This document shows, piece by piece, positions 1-12,394 of a DNA stretch of 31,004 nucleotides; the first letter of the stretch is position 1, and each line of letters starts with the position of its first letter. The notes beneath the pieces are model-generated. The model was not told the origin of the DNA. It made no database searches and was given only the letters and a program-made list of their open reading frames with translations. This DNA comes from Xylographa opegraphella (taxonomy: Eukaryota). The stretch spans positions 186,001 through 217,004 of the forward strand of contig JALDZX010000037.1 of NCBI GenBank assembly GCA_022813865.1, written 5' to 3'. The position numbers and the translations under genes were made by a program.

Positions 1-2860
1 CTTGGGCTTGCGCGAATTCTTTGGCTCGCACTGCACGCTCTGTTTGCAGGGTCTCTAGTTTGCCTAAGAGCTCGCCGATATGCCCATCGTGCATCTCCGT
101 CAGTCTTGCGGTTTCGCGTAGAGTCGTGGCGAGCTCGTTCCGAAGAGCCGTGACTGCGCGTTCATGTTCAAACCGTTGCTGCAAAATCACTGCATCACTG
201 GTGGCAAGCTCATGCACGTGCTTCTTCTCCAGCTCCGATATGACTTGATTGAAGTCTTCATCCCTCTGCTTCTCCCTCAAAGTGAGAGCTTCGACCTCAG
301 ATCGCATTTCACTTAGCTGGCATTTTAGTTTCTCCGTTTCGACGGCATTTTTCTTCAGCGCGTCGATTTGATGGTTGGATTCCAAAGTAAAGCTCGCAAC
401 AGAATTTTCCAGCTCTGTAATCTTAGCTTCACGTTCTTTGACCGTTTCATACATCTCAGCAACTTTGACAGAAACGGCTTCGTATTCACACTCTGCACTT
501 CGCAGTTCCGCCTCGACCACTGCTACCTTCGACTCTAAGGCTCCAACCCTCCGCGCTTCTAACTCAACCAACTCATCCTTGGCAGTCATTGCAGCACAAT
601 GACTTAGCTCTTGTTGTCTCAGCAGTTCTTTTGCTATAATCGAGGCATCTTCTGCTTCTTGATTGGTAAGTTTCAATTTTAAACGCAATTGATCTAAGGC
701 TTCCGAGAGTCCTTGAGCGCTTGACTCGGCCGTAAGGTTTTGATTGACTAGCTGAACCCGTTCCATTTGAAGGCTCTCAAGCACAAGCCTGTTCTCTCGA
801 GCCTCGCCTTCAAGTTTTGCACAACTTGTCTGGCAGATCTGCAACTCATGCGCCAAACTTTTCGACCGCTCTTGCTCTTCCTTCAGAGGATTTTCTGTGT
901 TGTTACACCGCAATTCAAGATCCCTGCATACCTCGTTCACTCTCCGTACCACAAACTCATGACGACATGCGGCGTCTGCGTCAAGGTCCTCTTTGAGGGC
1001 TGCTCTCCAATCCTGACTACAGTTCCAGGCACTGGAATCAGGTGATTTCCTAGAAGAGACGAGCACAACTGGCTTGAACGTTGCCGATGTCAGAGGGAAT
1101 GAATCACACGATTTATTCATCCCAGATGCGTAAGTTGCGCTTTCCAATAGAGAGGTCGCTAGGAGGGGATCAATAGCTAGGGGTTTCGGGGTTGTAAACA
1201 AAGCGGACTTTAGTAGCAACACGCAGATGTCACGGCCCAAAAGCCATCGAACCTCAGTAATATGCGCCGTACACGCCTCTTGTCTCCCATGCTTTGTAAT
1301 GTTCTCCGCTTGAGTTAGAGTACACAAGAGAAGCCTCGAAATCAAATTCCGAATACCATGCGACGATATGATGCCCAGCAGAGTTTGTCCCATAGTCGAA
1401 TCTATTGTGACCAATTTTACCAGATTTCCAACAAACAGTCTCATGTCATTTAATTCGACGAGATAGTCCATACTTAATTGGTTAATTTCGGCGGCAGCTC
1501 GTAGCGCTCTGGAGATCTGTGATTCCATAAACGCCTTGCTGAAGTTGACTGCATATCCTTTCCAGATTTGATTTGCATCATAACTCAAGGGTAATTGCTG
1601 GAGAAGTCCTTCTAACGTAGCTATGAGATCATCTGGTAAAGTCTCAGCCTCGGAAAGGGCAGCGATGACCTCGAAAGCCAAAAGTCGCACTGTGCAATCT
1701 ATGTCTGAATTTCGCACTTTTTCTTGAAGTTTTCGGACTTTAAGTATGTTCTTTTGCACCCAGTTGCGTCTTTCGATGGAATCGATAGTGTCGAGGATTT
1801 CGCGAGCTAGCCTGAGACCACTGCTAGCGTCTGAGGGAGTGACACTGCTTGAACACAGCATGATGGACCTCAAAACAACAAGTTCCAGCGTTTTTTGAGC
1901 TTTCAAAGCGAAAAAAAGACGTGCAGCACAGCAGAAATCTGGCAATGGTCCTTCGGTATTTGCTTTGAGCGCTTGAGATCCCGGCAAGGACGGGTGTTCC
2001 TCACGTACAGGGCAGACTGGTTGGTTAGAGCATAGCAAGGCAAAGATAGCAAGGCAGAGCAAATTGACTTTGTGATCATCAAAGTTCCGAAGCAGCTTGA
2101 TGAGTTGATCCTGCAGGTGGGTGGACTTTTGTAATGGCAGTACTTGGAACAAATCTGATCCGACACCTTTGAGTACTGTATACATCAGTTCGAGCGTTGC
2201 AGCAGAAGGACTCCTGACAACGCCCTCCAGGATTCGCAACACAAAAGCAGGGAGTGCTGCGGGTACCGGGTAGTCCGCTGGAAGCGGAACAGATAGCATT
2301 GAAACACAAGTTTTGGTGACCTGCTGATAACTCAGCTTTGAGTGCTCTTGCTTTCTCGCTCGCTGATCACTTGCCTCAATTTCTTCGCCGCTCGTAATAT
2401 TCGCCTTCTGTAATAAATTTGGAAGGAGCTTTGGATCGAGGCGAAGGAAGGCATTTCGAATCGAGATAGCAACTGCTGTAGTTGTGGCGTGGTCAGTCTA
2501 GTGTGCCATACCAGAGGCGGGCGGTCCACGAACAAAGCCTTTCAATGATTTCTAAAGTATATGGCCATAATGGTAATTCCTCAAGTACGGCCGAGGCCAG
2601 GGCGTCGATCTGGCATCGATGGCCTTGTGCCCAGTGATGGATGGTGACTGGCGCGGCACTGCGAAGAACGCTGTACAGAGCCTGCGCAGGTGCATAAGAG
2701 TGAGCTTGCCTGGTCACTTGACACGACAGGGCATTCTCCGACTGCGCTCGGGGGCAATGCGGAGACGATCTGGGTGGATAGAGAATACCTTCAAGGAGAC
2801 CGCGTACGGCGCCGCGATAACACGCAGCACCTCACTAGCTAGGATACCTGCATCATCCAT
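1..2860 (-). CDS. Uncharacterised fungal protein with a helical N-terminal region and long C-terminal coiled coil; 3' end lies outside the window
   Basis: ATG at 2860 (MDDAGILASEVLRVIAAPYAVSLK). Exons 2860-2789, 2681-2534 and 2475-<1, with GT-AG introns 2788-2682 and 2533-2476. The frame stays open for >2.4 kb to the window edge. The C-terminal part is E/K/L/A-rich and heptad-like (DWRAALKEDL...VCRDLELRCNNTENPLKEEQERS...RAKEFAQAQ). A possible extra GC-AG intron lies at 2374-2321. Confidence 0.85.
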
Positions 2861-3598
2861 CTTCCTTCAAGTTTGGCTGGAAAGCAATAGTCGTGTCGGT
2901 CCAATTAGCATGTTCGGTATCAAATATGTAGGCGATACTGTTTGCATCGGATTCATTGTGTAAGGTAGTTTTACTGTAGACTAGCCTTGTTCTGTTGCCG
3001 GTGCAACAGCCTTAAGCCGCTCCAGTGGGAGAGTACCTGGGTACGTACTTCGAAGTCTCACGACAGTGGTATACTACCAGTAACGACACTTCCATGAAAT
3101 AATGAACGTGATGCCGAACTCGATCTCAAAGCAGGTCAATCATGCCGTCCGTGGTCTTGTCCTTACGGAGCCAGAACCATGTGTCGATCATCTTGGGGTC
3201 AATGATGGACTGACCAGGACTTGTAGTCTACCCTCGGGCGGTCTCCTGCAGCCTGCACCCCACATGCTCGCGCCGCCGATCGTCTGCCGTGTTACCTGAG
3301 CATAACTGGGACCGGAGAATTACGAGTTATCTTGATGCAGCCATAGCAGGAATCTTTCAAGCCTTTAACCTCGAAAATGGGGCTTATTTGTGATTCATTA
3401 CCTACTAGTATAACGCTGTGGGGAAGAGGTCCGAGGGTTGGGACCGTCACAACACTAGGTATGCAGTAGAAGACCTAAATATTTTGCCTGTCGGCAGAGG
3501 GAAGAAAGCTAATCCAGTAGGATGGGTTGACCGAAGCAAGCGCGCTGAGCCATGGGCTTCAGTCTCTACCTTCTTTGTTGATTCGAACTAAGTTAACA

Positions 3599-5449
3599 AT
3601 GTTGCAACGATATATCACCACCCTTTCGCGGAGAGGCCGTTCAAGGCCGCGGCAAGCATTGCAGTTGGCCCATCTTCGCCCGTCATCAAAGCGCTGGCAG
3701 TCAGCTACACCGCAAAATGGTGCTCAGAATTTTTCCAAGGCTGGACCGACATGGACGACCGGCCGTGCTCTTCTCTTCTCGTCGTTCGCCAGCTCCTTAG
3801 CCTATGTCTACGGGGTCACAGATACCGGTATCCAGTTTAAAGAACTATGGAAGGCGGACAATACTCCACAGTATGGCACTGCTAGAGAGCTTGAAAAGGT
3901 TTGCGCCGCCTCTTTGTATGGTTAGGAACTGCTCACGAATCGTATATTAGGCAGTTGCCGAACTACGTGAAACACTGGGAGAAGATGCCATCAGCACTGA
4001 CGAGGAGGACTTGAAGGCTCACGGGTTTTCGGAATGGTCGACAGTCAATGCAGAGCAGCTTCCAGTTGCCGTCGCCTACCCGAAATCAACAGCAGAAGTC
4101 TCTGAGCTCGCAATGGTATGCCACAAATACCGCATGCCAATGGTGCCTTATTCGGGAGGCTCTTCTCTCGAAGCCAATTTCTCGGCTCCGTATGGAGGCA
4201 TGTCGATTGACTTTGCTTTCATGGACAAGATAGTAGCCTTTCACGAGGATGATATGGATATCGTGGTCCAACCGAGTATACAGTGGATGGCACTCAATGA
4301 ACAAATTAAGGGCTCCGGCCTCTTTTTCCCTGTAGACCCAGGCCCAAGTGCGAGAATAGGTGGGATGGTCGGCACCAGCTGCTCCGGGACCAACGCTGTT
4401 CGATATGGCACAATGAAAGAGTGGGTCATAAATCTCACCGTAGTGTTAGCCGACGGTACGGTAGTGAAGACTCGCCGCCGACCGCGGAAATCAAGCGCTG
4501 GGTACAATCTGACTGGGTTGTTTGTGGGCTCGGAAGGGACACTTGGCATAGTCACAGAGATCACCTTGAAGTTAGCTGTCATACCGCAAGAAACAACGGT
4601 GGGGGTAGTGACGTTTGCTACCATCCGAGACGCAGCCGCCGCTGCCACTAAGGTTATGCGCGCCGGTGTTCCCGTGGGGGCGATGGAAATCATGGACGAG
4701 GTGCAAATGAATGTGGTGAACCGTGCGGGTGGTACCGGCAAGACCTGGAAAGAGGTTCCTACGCTCTTCTTTAAGTTTTCAGGTACCAAAGCAGGCGTTC
4801 AAGACAACATAAAAGTCGTCAAGGCTATTGCGAAAGCTCATGGGGCTGGAGATTTTGAGTTTGCTAAGAACGAAGAAGCTGCCAAGCTACTCTGGTCTGC
4901 CCGAAAGGAAGCGCTATGGAGTATGCTCTCCTTGAGAGAAAAGGGAAATGAGGTCTGGTCAACCGACGTTGCTGTGCCGCTCTCGCGGTTAGCGGACATC
5001 ATCGATATTTCAAAAAAGGAAATGGATGACTTGGGCTTGTTTGCAAGCATTCTTGGTCACATCGGAGACGGCAACTTTCATGAAAGCATACTCTACGACA
5101 ATACTGATCCGAAAGAACGGCAAAAGGTTGAGCATTGTGTCAATAATATGGTGGGAAGAGCATTAGATATGGAAGGTACATGCACAGTAAGTGATTTGAC
5201 CACCTTTATTGTGATCATGGCTAATAAGACCAGGGCGAACATGGCATTGGACTTGGAAAGAAAGAATCTTTGCTGGAAGAACTTGGTGCTGACACAATTG
5301 ACGTTATGAGGAGTATTAAGAAATCCTTGGACCCTTACTGGCTGATGAACCCTGGTAAGATATTCGAAGCCGTACATATTGATAAGCCTCACGACTCCAT
5401 TCGTGCCGTGGTATCGTCGAGTCTCGCAACACCCAAACCTGCGATCTAG
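3599..5449 (+). CDS. DLD1: Mitochondrial D-lactate dehydrogenase (cytochrome), FAD-linked oxidase family
   Basis: Exons 3599-3898, 3951-5186 and 5234-5449. Arg/Ser-rich presequence. Family motifs PYSGGSSLE, FPVDPGPSARIGGMVGTSCSGTNAVRYG, GSEGTLGIVTE, GHIGDGNFH, spliced TCT|GEHGIG and MNPGKIF. Confidence 0.93.
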
Positions 5450-5901
5450 GTGTCCGATTGGTCTGGGTAGACAAATGATGCGATAAATAGTCTCTGGCAA
5501 CGCAGTAATGACCAAAGGAGCTGTCTGATGTGGAATGTGGAGCAGAATTGAACACAGGGCAGATGACTCCCTACACAGTGGTTGAAGCGAGGGTATGATC
5601 ACGTGCACGGAAGGTGCTGGTAGACAAATATTGATGATCATAAGGTACTGCCTATTTGACACAATGAGAAGAAATCCGACATTTCTTCGGAACATTTCAC
5701 TGCAGGAGCCCTCTCACACTGCAAAGAATTGAGACTTCCTTAAGGTGGACCCACGTAGTGAAGTTATTCTCTTCATTCAGCATCGGGCATTCTTGGCCAA
5801 GACACTAGTATAGTTTGGGATTAACCTGACTTGAATCGCACAAATGTTTTTGTACACCATACAAATCCATCTGCAATCATTGAACCAAGAGCACCGCAAC
5901 G

Positions 5902-6951
5902 ATGGGACGAGGGCCCAAGAAGCATCAGAAGCGCCTCAGTGCGCCATCGCATTGGCTTCTAGACAAGCTTTCAGGCGCGTATGTTGACAAAGACCTGCGT
6001 TCCCATATCGACCTTGCTCACAGAAATTCATAATAGGTATGCCCCAAAAGCTAGTCCTGGACCACACAAAGCCCGTGATTGTATGCCACTCATTATTTTC
6101 ATTCGGAACCGGTAAGTCGTTCAATACTCTCATTGGGTTGGTCTGAAAACTCATTTATGCCTCTGATTTCCAGTCTAAAGTATGCTCTCAACGCCCGTGA
6201 GACGAAGGCAATCGTCATGCAACGCCTTATCAAAGTCGATGGCAAAGTTCGTACCGATCCCACCTACCCGGCTGGCTTCATGGACGTCATCTCAATCGAA
6301 AAGACTGGAGAGAACTTTCGCCTAGTCTATGACACCAAAGGTCGGTTTACCGTCCACCGAATCACCACAGAAGAAGCAGAATATAAGCTTGGCAAGGTTA
6401 AAAGGGTGCAGTTGGGCAAGGGTGGGATCCCATACTTGGTTACGCATGATGCACGAACGTAAGTTTGCTGCCATCTTTCAGTCGTTGGATCAAGTCTTGG
6501 TGATATATACCACGAGCTGACATCCAGCTTGGGACGAATCAGAATTCGCTACCCTGACCCGGCTATCAAGGTCAACGATACGGTCAAGATTGACTTATCC
6601 AGCGGCAAGATCACCGAATATATCACCTTTGACACCGGTGTCATTGCCATGGTCATTGGAGGTCGTAACATGGGTCGTGTAGGTGTGGTTACACATCGGG
6701 AACGTCATGACGGTGGCTTCAATATAGTCCATATTAAAGATGCAATCGATAACTCTTTCGCGACACGTGAGAGCAACGTGTTTGTTATTGGAAGCGAGAA
6801 GCCATGGATAAGTCTGCCAAAGGGCAAGGGTGTTCAGGTATGCAGCACTTACGATCCACGAAATACAATCACAATGCTGATTTCTTCACTACAGCTCACG
6901 ATTGCGGAAGAGAGGGACCGTCGCAGGGCCCATGCCATCGCAGGGCAATAG
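5902..6951 (+). CDS. RPS4: 40S ribosomal protein S4 (eS4)
   Basis: Exons 5902-5978, 6037-6111, 6174-6458, 6543-6837 and 6895-6951. Translation [23 protein letters not shown]...[20 protein letters not shown]...HDARTIRYPDP...[11 protein letters not shown]. Confidence 0.98.
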
Positions 6952-7874
6952 GGACAAATACGAGTTCATATTCTCAAAACTGAGAGCCTAACGAGTGTGC
7001 CAAGGAGATGAAGAGCATACATGTCCTAGCTTTCCTCTGGAGCATTGTACCTCTTACAAGCTTAAGGAGTATATTGGCCATTGAAAAGTAGACAGAATCA
7101 TGACTTTGATCTCTTGGTAAAACGTGTAGTCATTACGCTGTATTCAAAATTGTGGAGAGGTGCTTCCCCCATGTGGATACTATCCGGTGTCCTGCATACA
7201 AATCCTCAGTAGTATAATGTGATTGGGAATCATTGGAATCATTAATTAATATCGTGGCACTCAGCAACTTTTCTGAATTTGACTGTAGTATGCGGAAACA
7301 TCCTATGATGACATGTTCAACGACGACTGACTGCCTTTCCAATTATTGAGAACTCAAAGCATTTTTGTTAGTTTCAGTAGTCCCAGCAGGTGGCCATAGC
7401 TACGGGCTACATCACTACCAAAACACTGAGTCAATTTCATTGCAGGTTTACTATTGGGATTAAATAGCCGAGTTCCAGTATGAGCTTTTCGCTGGTGGTA
7501 CGACCGGGAAACGATACGGTTTATTTGTCGCGAGAGTTTATGTGCTTGGAAAATGTTCACTAATCAAATGAGACTTTGCGTTGATACGTAGTCACATATA
7601 CAGAGGGAGAGATACGTGCTTTATAAGGAGAAGGGCCAAAGAAATGCGTCGCGACGTCATTTTCGGGAGCTCAGAGTAGAATGTTCTAACTTAGGTAGAT
7701 AACTTTGGTTGCGAATCTCGACTTTTGATGTCGAACTATATTCCATCGACCTTTGGCAAATATCTGCTTACCTGCGGATACATATTTTCTCAATTTTGAA
7801 AAGTATGTTACTAACATGATCGTGATAACCTTGTCTCTGAAATCTATATCCATCCTGCACAAAATTGTCTGTTC

Positions 7875-9145
7875 ATGACATTCTCGAGCGCGTCACAGAG
7901 GATAGCGCCGACCCAGATCGGCCAGGCTTCAGGAGGTCCAAAAGCGCCTCTCATCCAGTCCCGAGGGGTCGTCGACAACACAGCGGAAGAAGACCTCCAC
8001 AATGTGGCGGTGACTAGCAAAGAATCCCTCGTGGCCAAGCCATGGGCACACTTTGTAGCGGGCGGGTATGTCCTAACTCTGAGCATATTGTAGTATCTGT
8101 GAAGCGACTGTGACACTGATGGGTTCCAGTATTGGTGGGATGACCTCGGCCACTCTCACCTCTCCACTTGACGTTCTTAAAACACGCCTCCAATCCGACT
8201 TTTATCAATCCCAGATCGCAGCTACTCGCGCAGCCCGCGGCACGCCACCACCATCTACGATGTCACTTCCACGAAGTGCGCTCCTGCACTTTCAAGAAAC
8301 ATTTCACATCTTATTCTCAATCCACCGTGTCGAAGGCTGGAGGGCTTTGTTCAAAGGATTGGGCCCGAACCTGACGGGAGTGGTTCCTGCAAGAGCGATA
8401 AACTTTTACGCCTATGGCAATGGCAAGCGGATCATTAGCGACCGCTTCAATGATGGCGCAGAGAATGCTTGGGTTCATTTGTGTGCAGCCGCAATAGCAG
8501 GTATTACTACTGGAACAGCTACGAATCCCATTTGGCTTGTCAAGACTCGCTTGCAACTGGACAAGTCAAACGCGGAGAAGACTGGGACACAGGCCTTTCG
8601 TCAGTACAAAAATTCCTTCGACTGTGTCAGGCAAACCGTCCAAGCAGAGGGCATAAAGGGCCTATACAAAGGACTCAGCGCAAGTTATCTTGGGGTTTCT
8701 GAAAGTACACTACAGTGGGTACTCTATGAACAGATGAAGCTCTACCTCAGCAACAGGAAGGGTAAGCTGGATGCGTCTGGCCGGAATCGTACCTTGTGGG
8801 ATCGGACTGTTGAGTGGAATGGAAGAATTGCCGCGGCAGGAAGTGCCAAATTATTTGCAGCTGTCATCACATACCCCCACGAAGTGGTTCGCACTCGACT
8901 ACGTCAAGCCCCCTTACAGAACGGACATCTGAAGTACACCGGGCTTGTACAATGTATAACAGTAATTTTCAAAGAGGAAGGCATGGCAGCTTTGTATGGT
9001 GGTTTGACCCCGCATCTATTGCGAGTTGTACCAAGTGCCGCGATTATGTTCGGAATGTAAGTTCACTGACACTATTGCCTTTCTCCAATTGCTAAGTTGA
9101 TATAGGTACGAGGTAATACTGCGCTTACTCGGCACTGAAGCTTAG
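7875..9145 (+). CDS. RIM2: Mitochondrial carrier, Rim2/SLC25A33-36-like (pyrimidine nucleotide transporter)
   Basis: Exons 7875-8065, 8130-9056 and 9106-9145. Three carrier signatures: PLDVLKTRLQ, PIWLVKTRLQ (the W variant typical of Rim2/Flx1-type carriers) and PHEVVRTRLR. Also WAHFVAGG and GLGPNLTGVVPARAINF. Confidence 0.9.
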
Positions 9146-9980
9146 CCTTGCCACAAATATTCATCGTCTTGTCTGAGAAGCGACACGTCGATTGTCGAGT
9201 TTTATCCCTCCATCCATTGAGTGCTTTGGACCTACCTTTAGTATTGGGATGTCTCAAGTATAAGATTGCAGGTCCAGAAATCTGCCAGACACAGAGAAAA
9301 GCGTGCAATAACGAGACGAAGGATATTCGCTATCCTAGTGGCTGTGTTTGAATAGCCTCGCTTGGGAATGCATCATAGGCATATCTCTCCACTCTTCCAA
9401 GGTTGAATCATCAGGAGGTGGATTCACCGGCGAGCGAATGAGGTCTCTTTCCATCACGGCAAAGGTGTTGAGAAGATGAAAATTCGCTGTCGATATACAG
9501 ATAAGTCCGGAGCTTGTAGTTACTTGATTATCAAAACACTTTTGCATAAGCGTACGCATGGTTCAAATCGTTTTCGGTGACTTGGAAAGCATATTGTTCC
9601 ACTCTGGTGCATACTTGCGGCCGCAGCCTTGAATTAGGTAGAGTATTCTATTCTATATCTGCAATCACCGCACCGTTGTTGGCCACCGGGCTACACAAAG
9701 CAAGATGACGCTCTGGATAATATCGCGGGGGCCTCACTGACTTTCCACTTATACTACTTGAACGCGGACTTAGTGATTAATAATAAGTATCTACCTTAGG
9801 TACGTAGTCGTACCTAACTTAAGATCAAGCTTAAGTCCGTTGTTGTGTCCGATTCGCCTCGGCTAGGATATCGTTTCGCGATAAGCTACCTTAGTTCGAG
9901 ACAAACCCCCCGAGCCCCTCCATAAGGTATTGGGGTATCTTATTGCAGAATTTCCATACCCACCACGGCCATTTGTCCTT

Positions 9981-12394
9981 ATGAGCACTCCGGACCCTGG
10001 AATCACCGGTCTTGACGACTCACCGGATCCTGCAAGCCACGCTGCTACAATATATGACCAGGAAGGGGACTGGGTAGACGAAGCAAGTGGCGATGACGAC
10101 ATGGATTTCGAGGACTCATCTGGAAATAGGGAGAGCGAGGAGCTCGAATATTTTGAAGCGACTGAAGATGATGGGGATGGAGAGTTCCAAGGTCTGATTC
10201 CCGTGTCTCAGTAACCGGCTTAAAAACCTGAAGACCTTCAGGACTGACCGCTAGTGCGACATATTCAGATGCTGATGATGGATTGAGTGGGGTGGAGATT
10301 GAGATATCGGTTGATTCTGTCGACGCTTCAACGGAACTTGCAGAAAATTCAGCAGAAATAGGAGCCGGGGTGACAGCTGCTGCAACCACCCGTCCGCCAA
10401 TCCAGGGTATGCCTCTGAGAGGTTGCTCTTGCAACCTCTGAAGCTTACGAGTATTCTAGTGTCACGTAATCAGATTCTCCAATTACTTGGACACGCCGGT
10501 CTCCGAAGAATATTTGCAAACCACGGAGGGGCGGCTTTTGGCCTTGCAAACCTTGCCGCGGACGATGATGAAGAAGAGGAGGATGGTATGGAGGGAGGGT
10601 ACGGCAGTGTGGTAGGAAGACGAAGGCACAGGAGGAAAGCATCAAAAATTGATTTTCCCAAAGTTCCTAGTGAGATGGGAAGAGAACTGATGGACTCGGG
10701 AAAGTTTGGTAGTAACGAATACTACCAAGACGTACTGAGACGTAAGAAACAGAAGCTAGCAAGGAGAATTTTAAGCAGAGAGCTTGGATATGATGTAGTA
10801 CAGGACAGGAGAGGAAACAAATTACTTTCACAGGTAAGTAGAATCTTTTCTGTATCTTCTCTGAATCTTTTCTGGATCCTCTCTGTTTATTGACATGTGT
10901 TTGAGGATCTGATTCCGTCCTCAAATGCGGACACAATCATTCACTACAATACTCGGTGCTACTCCGGCCAATTCTCGGACGATGGCAATTTCTTCTTCTC
11001 GTGTGCGCAGGATTTTAAAGTACGCATGTACGATACGTCGAATCCTTATGATTGGAGATACTACAAGACAGTTGTGTATCCATTCGGCCAATGGACGATC
11101 ACAGACGCAACTCTCAGTCCCGATAACAAGTATCTTGCCTATAGCTCTATACGTAGCACTGTCTGTCTTGCTGCAACTGACCCAAACGAAAGTGGCGAGC
11201 CATGGTTGCTTGACTTTGCCGACATGGGTGGTACACGCAGTCATCGTGCACATCGTGGCTACAGTCAATTCGGTGTATGTCTGACGTATGCAGAAAGCAA
11301 CTGATTAAGCTAAATATCCGTAGATCTGGTCAATCCGCTTTTCTGGGGATGGCCGTGAAATCGTTGCCGGAACAGGGGACCATTCAGTCTATGTCTACGA
11401 CATTGAGTCGCGGCGTTCAATATTACGAATTCCTGGTCATACTGAAGACGTAAATGCCGTTTGTTTTGGAGATCAGTCCTCACCGCATATCTTGTACTCT
11501 GGCTCTGATGATACTCTGATCAAGGTATGGGATCGAAGAAGTATGGCTGATAGTCGCGAAGCTGGTGTCTTTATGGGACACACTGAAGGGCTCACATACG
11601 TCGACAGCAAAGGTGATGGCAGATACGTGCTCAGCAATGGAAAGGACCAGACGATGAAATTATGGGACTTAAGGAAGATGATGTCAACGTCTGAAGCATC
11701 CAGATTGACTCCTTCCCGATACACCACCAGCTTTGACTACCGCTTTATGAACTATTCGGACACAGATTACACGCCTCACCCTCACGACAAATCGCTTGTC
11801 ACCTTTCGAGGCCATAAAGTCCTCAAAACTCTCATTCGATGTCATTTCTCACCCCCAGGAAGCACTAACTCAAGATACGTTTACACGGGTAGCGCCGATG
11901 GGAGTGTTTATATATACAACCTGGATGCAACATTAGCAGGAAAAGTAGACGTGAACAGGGCCACACACCACTCACGCCTGAGAGAACCTGATTCATATGC
12001 AGCTACTTATGATATGGATGATCGTCGTCAAGGACAATGGAAGACATGCGTTAGGGACGCCAGTTGGCACCCTAACGCGCCGGTCATAGCTGGTAAGCAA
12101 TTCCTCCGTATGGATCACTTAGGTTAAGACTGATATTGAAAAGCTACCTCGTGGAATGGCTGGGGTGAATCTACGGGCACCTGTACCATTCATAGCTGGA
12201 ATGATGGCGCGGACGATGACGAAGCTGAGCCTCCAATGGGACGAAGGGTCGATCAGCGCCTGCAAGAGAATAATAATTTGTATGGCGACGCATCGCCCAG
12301 CGGAAGAAACATAGGGTCACGACTTAGGAGTCGTGCTGTTGCAGCTGCCGTAATCGCCACCGATGACGATGACGAGGACGGCGATGGATGGTAG
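9981..12394 (+). CDS. WD40-repeat protein, DCAF11/WDR23 (LEC14B)-like CUL4-DDB1 substrate receptor
   Basis: Exons 9981-10191, 10269-10406, 10460-10833, 10906-11274, 11324-12092 and 12144-12394. Acidic N-terminus. Motifs YSGQFSDDG, GHTEDVNAVCF, LYSGSDDTLIKVWDRR (WDxR), GHTEGLTYVDSKGDGRY, KLWDLR, TLIRCHFSP and VRDASWHP. Confidence 0.9.

Noticed and set aside
3050..3390. RNase MRP-like words (GAAGTCTCA ... AATGGGGCTTA)
   Set aside because: The P4 pairing is imperfect, no P1 terminal helix is visible, and the region is a divergent promoter. Only an Infernal search could rescue it.
7305..7430. ATGATGA ... CTGA, possible C/D snoRNA
   Set aside because: No terminal stem and no recognisable 10+ nt rRNA complement before the D-like boxes.
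7488..7499. 12-nt resemblance to fungal 5S rRNA (ACCACCAGCGAA, minus strand)
   Set aside because: The flanks do not match 5S, so chance similarity is likely.
9335..9559. Minus-strand 74-aa ORF (…MERDLIRSPVNPPPDDSTLEEWRD…)
   Set aside because: No recognisable family, splice model or codon signal.
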